Source: a virus
Taxonomy: Duplodnaviria; Caudoviricetes
DNA length: 25,319 nucleotides
IMG/VR virus record: IMGVR_UViG_3300042940_001225
Location: 1 to 25,319 of that record
Direction: 5' to 3' (one strand)
A model generated the notes under the pieces. It made no database searches. It worked only from the letters and a program-made list of their open reading frames with translations, and was not told the origin of the DNA. A program made the translations under genes and the position numbers. Shown piece after piece: positions 14,950 through 23,024 of this stretch (position 1 is the first letter of the stretch; every line of letters starts with the position of its first letter).

Positions 14950-15064
14950 TGCCACCCGCTCCCATTTTGCCATAAAAACATGGTTTGCGGGCGATTAAAC
15001 CCATATATAACTGGTGACAATCCGTCACCAGTTGAAGCGGTTACATTTTATAACCAGTTCACAC

Positions 15065-15094
15065 AAAAAAAAGAGGGTAGCAACAGCACCCTCT
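15065..15094 (-). terminator. Intrinsic terminator
   Basis: AGAGGGT/ACCCTCT stem with an A8 run on the left side. Confidence 0.65.
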
Positions 15095-15119
15095 ATTACC
15101 CGATTTTATCGGGCAGTAC

Positions 15120-15160
15120 AAAAAAAAGGAGGGTGACTTGCGTCCCCTCCTTTCGTTTTT
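15120..15160. terminator. Bidirectional intrinsic terminator
   Basis: AAAGGAGGG/CCCTCCTTT stem flanked by an A run and a T-rich run, between convergent genes. Confidence 0.75.
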
Positions 15161-15167
15161 GGTTTTA

Positions 15168-15419
15168 TTAATAATTTTCATTAATATCTTTATTGGTAAA
15201 ATCACATGCAAGCATTGCACTTAATCCAAGTTTTGCAATACTTCTGTATTTATGCCAATACGGCGTGCCATCATCATTTTTTTTACGCTCATTGTTTTCG
15301 TTAATTCTACAAAGATTTTTAGCAACAAAATCAACTAATTTATCTTCATATTGTATCATTTCATTAGTGCAAGCGTAAGGTATATTTAGCAATTCATCGT
15401 TGCGATTACGTTCTTTCAT
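15168..15419 (-). CDS. Hypothetical protein
   Basis: GGAGG RBS, 83 aa. Confidence 0.7.
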   Translation of the reverse strand: MKERNRNDELLNIPYACTNEMIQYEDKLVDFVAKNLCRINENNERKKNDDGTPYWHKYRSIAKLGLSAMLACDFTNKDINENY

Positions 15420-15422
15420 AAA

Positions 15423-16139
15423 CTACCCCCTCCCCTTAAAATATCTCTCCGCATCATCGCCTAATATTCTCGTGTGTGCGTCAATGGCGGATTGCTCCGT
15501 GGCGAAACGTGGTAATCCGTAATTTATTAATGATAGTGAAATTGCATCAATTCTGCCATTACAATACATTCCATAATACCAATCACCCTCCACCCAATCA
15601 GCAGCGTCCCACAATGCCGTTTCATACTTCCTGCGGGTGATTTGCTCCCATATAGCACGTTCTGTTTCAGGTGGCTGGTAGCAGTTGCCTGTTTCGTGGC
15701 GGTGGTTGTCAAATCTATGATTGCTCCATGTGGCAACAATCCAAGTGCCACAACTATCAACAAATGCATATTTTCCATGATATTTAGGCTTCCAGCGTTT
15801 AGTTTTAGCAGTTAAACTTCCAGCTCCTAATTCGAATTTATTTTCCATAAATGACTTTTGACAGTTGTATGGTATATTGGAATTACAATAGTTATCGGGT
15901 TTAGCTTCCTTTGCTTTTTTTATTGCTTCTTTTATTGCTTCTACCGCTTTGGGGTTAACTGTATCCCAAAAATCAAAATCTTGGCTTTTCTTGATATCTA
16001 TCTCAATTTCAACTTCTTTAATTTCTGATTTAAAAATATATGTTTCATTATTAGCAACATTATGCACAGTGATTACTTGCTTATCTTTCATTACTGGCAA
16101 ATTTATTGTTAGGTTTTCACCTGTTTTTATCGTGTTCAT
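15423..16139 (-). CDS. Hypothetical phage protein
   Basis: 238 aa; GAGGA RBS; RWKPK...Y.FV...G...W...D...GNCY motif typical of phage proteins. Confidence 0.75.
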   Translation of the reverse strand: MNTIKTGENLTINLPVMKDKQVITVHNVANNETYIFKSEIKEVEIEIDIKKSQDFDFWDTVNPKAVEAIKEAIKKAKEAKPDNYCNSNIPYNCQKSFMENKFELGAGSLTAKTKRWKPKYHGKYAFVDSCGTWIVATWSNHRFDNHRHETGNCYQPPETERAIWEQITRRKYETALWDAADWVEGDWYYGMYCNGRIDAISLSLINYGLPRFATEQSAIDAHTRILGDDAERYFKGRG

Positions 16140-16141
16140 GA

Positions 16142-16438
16142 TTATTCCTCATCAGTGTAAATTATGGTTACATTACTTTTTCTATCAACTGGTAAATATT
16201 GCTTGCTTTTTAATTTAACCATTGCTCTTTCATATATTGCTTGCTTAAAAGTTTCGCTAAGATGATACAAAATGGAAGGCACGGATTTTTGTGGATATTT
16301 TGACAAATCATCATCTGTAAAATCTTGAAATGAAATCCCCGTATAAATCGCTAATTCAAGTTGTTTTGAGATTTCACGTTCCAGCAATTCCGCTTGCTGT
16401 TTTTCTGTTAAATCTGTGTAGTTAGGTAATGTTTTCAT
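16142..16438 (-). CDS. Hypothetical protein
   Basis: AAGGA RBS, 98 aa. Confidence 0.7.
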   Translation of the reverse strand: MKTLPNYTDLTEKQQAELLEREISKQLELAIYTGISFQDFTDDDLSKYPQKSVPSILYHLSETFKQAIYERAMVKLKSKQYLPVDRKSNVTIIYTDEE

Positions 16439-16439
16439 G

Positions 16440-16685
16440 TTATTTTTTTCCTTTTGTTAATAAATCTTTAAGTTGTTTAATTTGACTTTCCAAATCGCTG
16501 ATTTGCTTGCGTTTAGAGCTGCCATCAACTAATTTATCCTGTTTAGTTTTAATCTCAAGCAAGGTTTTTTTAGCCCTTGCAATAGCTACGTTTATTTCTT
16601 TCTCCGTCATTTTACCCATGTTGTTTCTCCTGCTTATCTGTTTTAACTCCCACACAAAGCGGGCTTCAATTCTCCCCCCGCTCAT
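16440..16685 (-). CDS. Coiled-coil hypothetical protein (alternative start at 16619)
   Basis: ATGA overlap at 16685; AGGAG RBS before 16619. Confidence 0.65.
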   Translation of the reverse strand: MSGGRIEARFVWELKQISRRNNMGKMTEKEINVAIARAKKTLLEIKTKQDKLVDGSSKRKQISDLESQIKQLKDLLTKGKK

Positions 16686-16855
16686 AAGTTTTTTGGTTTT
16701 TCTATTGTTGAATATGGTTCAACACGGCTCATATTGTGCCAAACTTCAACTCCACAATGTGGACATTTTTCTTGCTGCCAAACTGGTAATTTTATATTAT
16801 CTGGGATATCTAAACACAAATATTCACCACAACATGGATATTCACCAAATATCAT
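16682..16855 (-). CDS. Small zinc-ribbon-like protein (57 aa)
   Basis: Manual translation MIFGEYPCCG...KCPHCG..VWH; GGAGG RBS; ATGA overlaps. Confidence 0.65.
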   Translation of the reverse strand: MIFGEYPCCGEYLCLDIPDNIKLPVWQQEKCPHCGVEVWHNMSRVEPYSTIEKPKNL

Positions 16856-17070
16856 ATTCTCCCCTCCGCAATAGCTGCGTTAATTAAGGCTGCGTTGCCT
16901 GCGGTTAGTGGTTTAGTGCCTAAATACCAATGATTAACCGTTACTGGTGATTTGGCGGGCTTAAATATATTTGCAACTTCATTGATAATTAAATATTTGT
17001 GTCGCTTTGTTTCTTTATGGCGTTGTCTTAACCATGCTGCAAATGTGGCGTTGTCTGTGATTTTAGTCAT
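16852..17070 (-). CDS. XRE/Cro-like HTH protein
   Basis: NEVANIF....SPVTVNHWYLGTKP; AGGAG RBS. Confidence 0.6.
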   Translation of the reverse strand: MTKITDNATFAAWLRQRHKETKRHKYLIINEVANIFKPAKSPVTVNHWYLGTKPLTAGNAALINAAIAEGRI

Positions 17071-17074
17071 CGTG

Positions 17075-17824
17075 TTATGCTCCTGCGTTGTTTAATACTT
17101 GCCCCGCTGCAATTTCAGCGTTGCGGGTTAATTGACGTTGCCATGCGCCATTGGTTGGCGACCATTTGAAGGCTGCTTTTTTTAATTTGGTTATTATGTC
17201 GCTTGATGGCTTGCCGTCAAAAATAAGTTGCAAGCGCATTGCTTCATAGTTCCAAACAACTTTCACATCACCAAACATTTTCTCTTTATTGGTGCGTGAT
17301 TTTAATTCTGTAATAGATGTTAAACGTTCTTCAATGCGCTTTATTTTATTCAAAGAATATGGTAATTCATACCAGTTGCGTTCATTTGCTGGTAATGCTT
17401 TTAATTTAGCATGGTTTTCTTTTGCCGCATCTAATTCAGCTTGTAATTTTTCAATCACATTTGCATCATTAGATTTTACAAAATATTCAATTGAAGGTTT
17501 GTTTAAGTTTCTAATTTTTTCAATGAAATCAAACATTGCTTGAGATTTTTTGCGTTCGCTTTCATTTGCTTTTCTGTTGCGCTTAACTGGAAAGTTTGCT
17601 CCTCCTGTAATCATAGGGCTTATACAGCGTGATTTAGCTGCAAGGCTTGCTAAAAATAGTGCTTCAAACTTTGTTTGTGCTTGCTCGTTACCTTCAAACT
17701 CCGTCATAATTTCATCAAAAAAATCACATTCGCTTTGGGCCCTTTTTTCAGGTGAAAAGCTAGTGTTGCTATATGCTCTTTTAGCTGTTTCGTAATGTTT
17801 ATGTGTATTCATTTTTTTCTCCAT
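17075..17824 (-). CDS. Conserved early protein of phages and conjugative elements (polyvalent-protein/DUF3560-type C-terminus)
   Basis: TSFSPEKRA, SPMITGGANFP, RLQLIFDGKP....TKLK...FKWSP..GAWQRQLT. Confidence 0.65.
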   Translation of the reverse strand: MEKKMNTHKHYETAKRAYSNTSFSPEKRAQSECDFFDEIMTEFEGNEQAQTKFEALFLASLAAKSRCISPMITGGANFPVKRNRKANESERKKSQAMFDFIEKIRNLNKPSIEYFVKSNDANVIEKLQAELDAAKENHAKLKALPANERNWYELPYSLNKIKRIEERLTSITELKSRTNKEKMFGDVKVVWNYEAMRLQLIFDGKPSSDIITKLKKAAFKWSPTNGAWQRQLTRNAEIAAGQVLNNAGA

Positions 17825-17833
17825 GTTAGCAGT

Positions 17834-18088
17834 TTATGCTGCCTTTTTTGTGTTTAAGTTTTTATGTAAAATCTTTGCCATATCATTAGTCACCTTATTT
17901 TTGAAATCCTTATCACTTCCAAACTTAGCCAAAAACTCAGCGTCTTTTTTAAGCATCAACTGAAACGCAGCATCAAAATCATGCGTAAGGTTATTTTCTA
18001 TTGCCGTAACCGCAACACGGTTCATTGTCGCTTCAAAATCAGCCAATTTAATGTTATGTTTTGCTAATTTTTTTTCTAAATAATTCAT
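17834..18088 (-). CDS. Hypothetical early protein
   Basis: AAGGGA RBS; first gene after the leftward promoter. Confidence 0.7.
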   Translation of the reverse strand: MNYLEKKLAKHNIKLADFEATMNRVAVTAIENNLTHDFDAAFQLMLKKDAEFLAKFGSDKDFKNKVTNDMAKILHKNLNTKKAA

Positions 18089-18128
18089 TTTCTAATTTCC
18101 CTTTCAGCTTCATTGCTGCCTTAAAAAC

Positions 18129-18157
18129 AATATAGCATGGGAAACCAAAAAAGGCAA
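18129..18157 (-). promoter_or_regulatory. Leftward sigma70 promoter
   Basis: TTGCCT (18157-18152), 17 nt, TG.TATATT (18134-18129). Confidence 0.65.
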
Positions 18158-18186
18158 CCAGAAAAGGTAGCATTTATTATATTTCT

Positions 18187-18207
18187 TGTGCATAACTCTG
18201 TGGATAA
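18187..18207 (-). promoter_or_regulatory. Two tandem DnaA-box-like sites
   Basis: TGTGCATAA (18187-18195) and perfect TGTGGATAA (18199-18207), i.e. TTATCCACA on the minus strand. Confidence 0.55.
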
Positions 18208-18250
18208 AAATAATGCTTGCAAAATCATTTATATAAATCATAATAACGCA

Positions 18251-18556
18251 ATGAGAGAAACTGCTAGCAATCGTGGCTATAATAACAGATGGCGAAAAGC
18301 ACGATTGCATTTCTTGCAACAAAATCAATTATGCGTAATGTGCAAGCAAGCAGGATATACTAACGCTGCAACAGTGGTTGACCATATTAAACCACATAAA
18401 GGCGATACAACGCTATTCTGGGATGTGAGCAACTGGCAACCATTATGCGCAACACATCACAATAGCACAAAGCAACGTAGTGAAAACCAAGGATATGACA
18501 TAGGTTGCGATGTTTCAGGGCTGCCTATTGATGCTAATCATCATTGGAATAAGTGA
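18251..18556 (+). CDS. HNH endonuclease (HK97 gp74-like terminase cofactor)
   Basis: RGYNNRWRKAR..FL...LCVMC, ATVVDHIKPHKGD..LFWD..NWQPLC..HH; located before TerS. Confidence 0.92.
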   Translation: MRETASNRGYNNRWRKARLHFLQQNQLCVMCKQAGYTNAATVVDHIKPHKGDTTLFWDVSNWQPLCATHHNSTKQRSENQGYDIGCDVSGLPIDANHHWNK

Positions 18557-18660
18557 CATTTATGTTACGATTTTGTTGCGATTATGTCACAGGTAGGGGG
18601 GGGTAGTCAATCTCTGGGGCTTTTTGCCTTGATACCGCTCGGGAGGTACAACTTACACAA
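18553..18660. other. Probable cos / packaging-initiation region
   Basis: Intergenic between HNH and TerS; GTGACAT/ATGTCAC inverted repeat, G8 tract (18596-18603), GGGTAGTCAATCTCT...ACCG pattern. Confidence 0.55.
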
Positions 18661-18711
18661 TGGCAGTGTTTTGTAATTGAAAAAAATGACAATTTTTGAT
18701 AATATTTATAT

Positions 18712-19167
18712 ATGACAAATCCAACACCGAGAAAAATAAGGGAAATAATGGGCAATCCTTCTGGTAATCCAATGCCTAAAGATATTGAGCCGTTACATTC
18801 AAAAATTATTGCACCTGATTATTTAGGGGAAGAAGAAACTAATAAATTTTATTCACTTATTTCAAAAACTCATTGGGGGATAATTGCGACAAGTGCTGAT
18901 ATTGATTTAATTGCTGAATATTGCAAGGCTTTTTTTGCTAAAAAAGATTTTGAAAAAGAATTAGAAAAACAAGGTCATGTTTTAGTTAATGATAAGGGTA
19001 ATTCTTATGCTAATCCTTTAGTTAAAATTACTAGAGACTTATCGGACTATATGTATCGCATAGCTAGAGAGTTTGGCGGAACTCCCGCTGCAAGGGCTAG
19101 AATAGGAATAGCATTAACTGAAAATGAAAAAGAAGAGAGTGATGTTTTTGCTGGGTTGCTTAATTAA
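18712..19167 (+). CDS. Terminase small subunit (P27 family)
   Basis: PTP...GNP, APDYL, NPLVKI, EFGGTPAARARI. Confidence 0.9.
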   Translation: MTNPTPRKIREIMGNPSGNPMPKDIEPLHSKIIAPDYLGEEETNKFYSLISKTHWGIIATSADIDLIAEYCKAFFAKKDFEKELEKQGHVLVNDKGNSYANPLVKITRDLSDYMYRIAREFGGTPAARARIGIALTENEKEESDVFAGLLN

Positions 19168-20894
19168 TGAAAGTATTGGATAGATGTCATCAATATGCGC
19201 TTGATGTTGTTTCTGGTGAAATAATTGCTGGACAAAATGTGATTAATGCTTGTGAGCGATTTTTATCAGATTTGACGGATGGAAAAGCTAAAGGGCTTTT
19301 TTATGATATTGAAAAATCTAATCGCATATTTAATTTTTTTGAAAGGATATTAACCACTGGCGGAGATAATTTTATTTTACACTCCTCGCAGTGTTTTATT
19401 CTTGGTAATTTATTTGGGTGGTATGCGCCATATTTTGAGCAACAATTTGATGTTAGGGGGCGTGCAATAAAAGACCGAGAAGGTAACGATGTTTATCAAA
19501 TGGACGGATATGCAAGGCGTTTTAGACGTGCCTACATAGAAATAGGAAAAGGAAATGGCAAAACACCTTTGATGGCAGGAGTAGGGCTTTATGGGTTGTT
19601 AGCAGACAATGAACCTGAAGCTCATATTTATTTTGCTGCTGCAAAAAAAGAGCAAGCTATGATTGCTTTTTCAGATGCTAGGGAAATGGTGCGCAATAAT
19701 GAAAAGTTAAATAAAATATGCAAAATAACTGGTGGCGATAATATTCCTAACATTGCTAACATTCCAAGTGGCTCTTTTATGAGAGTAATGTCATCTGAGC
19801 GCAGTAAGTCTGGTTTTAGACCGCATTTTGCGTTATGTGATGAGATACATGAACACCCAAGCCGTGAAACTATAGATATGTTAGAGTTAGGCTTTAAGGG
19901 AAGGCGTAGCCCTTTGTTGATGATGATAACAAACTCTGGTTTTGATAAAAAAAGCGCATGTTGGGAAGAGCATAATCACGCTGCTAAAGTTGCAGCTGGC
20001 GAGGTAATGGACGATAAAACGTTTAGTTTTATATGCTCTTTGGATAAAGGTGATGACCCAATAAATGATAGCAAATGTTGGATTAAAGCAAATCCATTAT
20101 TAGGAGTTGTTGTTAAGGATAACGTGCTTAAAGAGGCGGTTAAACAAGCAATTCAAATTCCAGGTAAAAAAAATAATATTATGAGATTGCATTTTTGTGA
20201 ATGGACAGACGCTGAAACATCTTGGATTAGTAGTGAAACATGGACTGAATGCGAACATGAATTAGATATTGATGATTTTATTAGCAAGCCGTGTTATGGT
20301 GGGCTTGATTTATCTTCTAAATTGGATTTAACGGCTTTAGCTCGTGTTTTTGAAAATGATGATGGAATGCTAAACGCTTTTGTTGATTTTTGGAAACCTA
20401 AAGATACATTGTATGATACTGAAATAAAAGACCGTGCGCCATATACAACATGGTTAAATCAAGGGTATTTACATGCGCCCGCTGGCAGTTCTATTGATTA
20501 TGAAGTGGTGGCTTCCGATATAATTGCAATGGGTGATTTTGAACAAATTAATTTTGACAGATGGAGGATAGATTTTTTCAAAAAACATTTATCAGACATT
20601 GGTTATGAATTACCACTTGAGCCATTTGGGCAAGGTTTTAAGGATATGTCGCCAGCGATTGAAAAATTAGAAGAATTAATTTTTAACAAAAAAATAAAAA
20701 TACACATAAATCCAGTTTTAAGGTGGAACGCCGCATCAGTAAAAATTGAAGAAGATGCTGCGGGTAATCGCAAAATGTCTAAAATAAAAAGCACAGGGCG
20801 CATTGATGGAATAATTGCGCTGCTTATGGCAATAGCTGCTTATAATGCTAATAATAAAAACATAACAGTTGAATTGAATATAAGGCAACTATAG
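19167..20894 (+). CDS. Terminase large subunit
   Basis: RRFRRAY, GKGNGKT (Walker A), LCDEIH (Walker B), GLDLSSKLDLTA, RIDGIIAL. Confidence 0.96.
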   Translation: MKVLDRCHQYALDVVSGEIIAGQNVINACERFLSDLTDGKAKGLFYDIEKSNRIFNFFERILTTGGDNFILHSSQCFILGNLFGWYAPYFEQQFDVRGRAIKDREGNDVYQMDGYARRFRRAYIEIGKGNGKTPLMAGVGLYGLLADNEPEAHIYFAAAKKEQAMIAFSDAREMVRNNEKLNKICKITGGDNIPNIANIPSGSFMRVMSSERSKSGFRPHFALCDEIHEHPSRETIDMLELGFKGRRSPLLMMITNSGFDKKSACWEEHNHAAKVAAGEVMDDKTFSFICSLDKGDDPINDSKCWIKANPLLGVVVKDNVLKEAVKQAIQIPGKKNNIMRLHFCEWTDAETSWISSETWTECEHELDIDDFISKPCYGGLDLSSKLDLTALARVFENDDGMLNAFVDFWKPKDTLYDTEIKDRAPYTTWLNQGYLHAPAGSSIDYEVVASDIIAMGDFEQINFDRWRIDFFKKHLSDIGYELPLEPFGQGFKDMSPAIEKLEELIFNKKIKIHINPVLRWNAASVKIEEDAAGNRKMSKIKSTGRIDGIIALLMAIAAYNANNKNITVELNIRQL

Positions 20895-20941
20895 ACATAT
20901 TTTTTTTATTATGTTAATGTTATGAAAAATAAGGGCTTACA

Positions 20942-22201
20942 TTGGAACTAGCCGAAATTGAAAAAGCTGTTGCTGTAATGTGTGGTGCGCCTCCTATAGA
21001 GGCAAACGCTAATAGGATAAGCACGTCTAAGGATTTAGAGTTATGGCTTAGATTTGGCGAAGGTGAAAATGACGCTGGTGTTAATGTAAATGCTAAAACC
21101 GCTATGGAATGTCAAGCGGTATGGACTGCAGTTAATTTAATTTCTGGATTAATTGCTCAACTTCCTTTGAATGTATTGAAAGTTAATGGTGATGATAGAG
21201 AGATTGCCACTAATCACCCTTTGCAAGCGTTAATATCATCACATGGTAAACCAAACGGCTTTCAAAATAGTTTTGTTTTTCGTGAATATGCAACATCATA
21301 TGTTGCGCTAAGTGGTAATGTGTTTTTTTTCAAAAACAAAATCCGTGGTGAATTGCGAGAACTATTGCCAATTCCTATTGAAAACGTGACTGTTAGGCAA
21401 GATGAGCGTTATAATGTTTTGTATGATGTTGTTTCTGCAAAAGGTAATTTGCGCACTTATAATTCAAATGATATATTCCATTTGTTTGGTAAATCTGAAA
21501 ATGGATTTTCTGGCGTTAATGTGGTTCATAAAATGCGAAATCAAATTGGGTTGGCATTGGCTCAAGATAGAAGTGCTGCATTGATGTTCAAAAATGGAAT
21601 GTCAACTAGTGGCGCATTTAGCACTGAGCAAAAAATAGGAGATGCGGTATTTGATAGGCTGAAAGAGCAAATACAATCTATGTATTCAGGGCTTCAAAAC
21701 TTTCATAAGCCTTTGTTGCTTGAGGGTGGTTTAAGTTGGCAATCAATGAGCCAAACGGCAGAACAAGCACAGTTGCTTGATAGTCGCAAATTGCAGCGTT
21801 CAATCATTGCGGGTATTTGGAATGTTCCACCACATTTAGCGGGTGATTTAGAAAAAGCAACTTTCAGTAATATTGAAAATATGGCACGTCAATTTGTGGA
21901 TTATGTGTTAATGCCATGGATTAGACGTTGGGAGGAGGCTATTTCTTGCCAATTATTAAACGATAAAGATAGACTTAATCATCAAATTAAGTTTAATGTT
22001 GATGGGTTGTTACGTGGAGATAGCAAGTCAAGAAGCGAAAGTTATGCTAAGGCACTTGGTAGTGGGGGACATGCAGCTTATATGACGGTTAATGAAGTGC
22101 GTGCGTTAGAGGATTTACCGCCTATTGAAGGGGGTAATTTATTGCCTGAGCGTGCAAATGCAAATAACAACGTAGGAGTCGTGGAAAATGATAATAATTG
22201 A
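20942..22201 (+). CDS. HK97-family portal protein
   Basis: AVWTAVNLISGLIAQLP, PNGFQ, LLEGG, IAGIWNVPPH, TFSNIE, LLRGD, TVNEVRALEDLPP. Confidence 0.95.
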   Translation: MELAEIEKAVAVMCGAPPIEANANRISTSKDLELWLRFGEGENDAGVNVNAKTAMECQAVWTAVNLISGLIAQLPLNVLKVNGDDREIATNHPLQALISSHGKPNGFQNSFVFREYATSYVALSGNVFFFKNKIRGELRELLPIPIENVTVRQDERYNVLYDVVSAKGNLRTYNSNDIFHLFGKSENGFSGVNVVHKMRNQIGLALAQDRSAALMFKNGMSTSGAFSTEQKIGDAVFDRLKEQIQSMYSGLQNFHKPLLLEGGLSWQSMSQTAEQAQLLDSRKLQRSIIAGIWNVPPHLAGDLEKATFSNIENMARQFVDYVLMPWIRRWEEAISCQLLNDKDRLNHQIKFNVDGLLRGDSKSRSESYAKALGSGGHAAYMTVNEVRALEDLPPIEGGNLLPERANANNNVGVVENDNN

Positions 22202-23012
22202 CGGATTAAAAGCAAATAAAGTGCGTAATTATGCAAAAAAAAGCGTGATTGATGGCGTTTTTGCGGTTAAAGATACTGAATTGCAGATTTATGATGAAAT
22301 TGGCTATTTTGGCGTTACTGCAAAGGCTTTCACTAAAGAATTAAATGCTCTTGATGGCAAAGATATAACTGTTGCTATTAATTCGTTTGGTGGCGATGTT
22401 TTTGATGGAATAGCGATTTACAACGCATTAAAAGCGCATAAAGGGGCTGTTAAAGTGCGTATTGATGGTATTGCAGCAAGTATTGCTTCAATTATTGCTA
22501 TGGCAGGTGATAGCGTTGAAATGGCAGACAATGCGTTTTTGATGATACATAACGCATGGACGCTTGCTTATGGTAATAAAGAGGATATGCGCACAACTGC
22601 TAATATGCTTGAGCAGATAGATGGTGCATTAAATGATACTTATCGCAAAAAAACAGGTAAGAAAAAAGATGATATTTCTGCAATGATGGACGCTGAAACG
22701 TGGTTAGATGCAAATGCAGCACTTGACGGTGGTTTTATTGATGCTATAATTGATAATAGTGTTGATATATCGGCTTGTTTTGATGTTTCAATATTTAATA
22801 ATACTCCAGCCCCTATTAAGCGCAATATTGAGGCTAATTTGCGAGAAAAGGGTTATGGTAATGCGCTTGCAAAAGCTGCCGTTGTTGAAGGGTTTGATAT
22901 TCTAAGGGAGCGTGACGTTCCTGAATTGCTAGCAAGTCATCGTGACGATGATGTTGGTATTTTAGTTGGTGACTTGAATAATCTAGTCGCTTTTATAAAA
23001 AATATAACATAA
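22188..23012 (+). CDS. ClpP-like (S14) head maturation protease
   Basis: INSFGGDVFDG, DGIAASIAS, MIHNAW, AETWLDA..A...GFID. Confidence 0.93.
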   Translation: MIIIDGLKANKVRNYAKKSVIDGVFAVKDTELQIYDEIGYFGVTAKAFTKELNALDGKDITVAINSFGGDVFDGIAIYNALKAHKGAVKVRIDGIAASIASIIAMAGDSVEMADNAFLMIHNAWTLAYGNKEDMRTTANMLEQIDGALNDTYRKKTGKKKDDISAMMDAETWLDANAALDGGFIDAIIDNSVDISACFDVSIFNNTPAPIKRNIEANLREKGYGNALAKAAVVEGFDILRERDVPELLASHRDDDVGILVGDLNNLVAFIKNIT

Positions 23013-23024
23013 TAGAGGGTTATT

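Noticed and set aside
13561-15171. Antisense ORFs within dnaB and the 63-aa ORF across the hairpin array
   Set aside because: Shadows of a conserved gene or crossing terminators; no RBS or motifs
18137-18250. N-terminal extension of the HNH ORF in the track
   Set aside because: Overlaps the divergent promoter region; HNH-like sequence begins at MRETASNRGY
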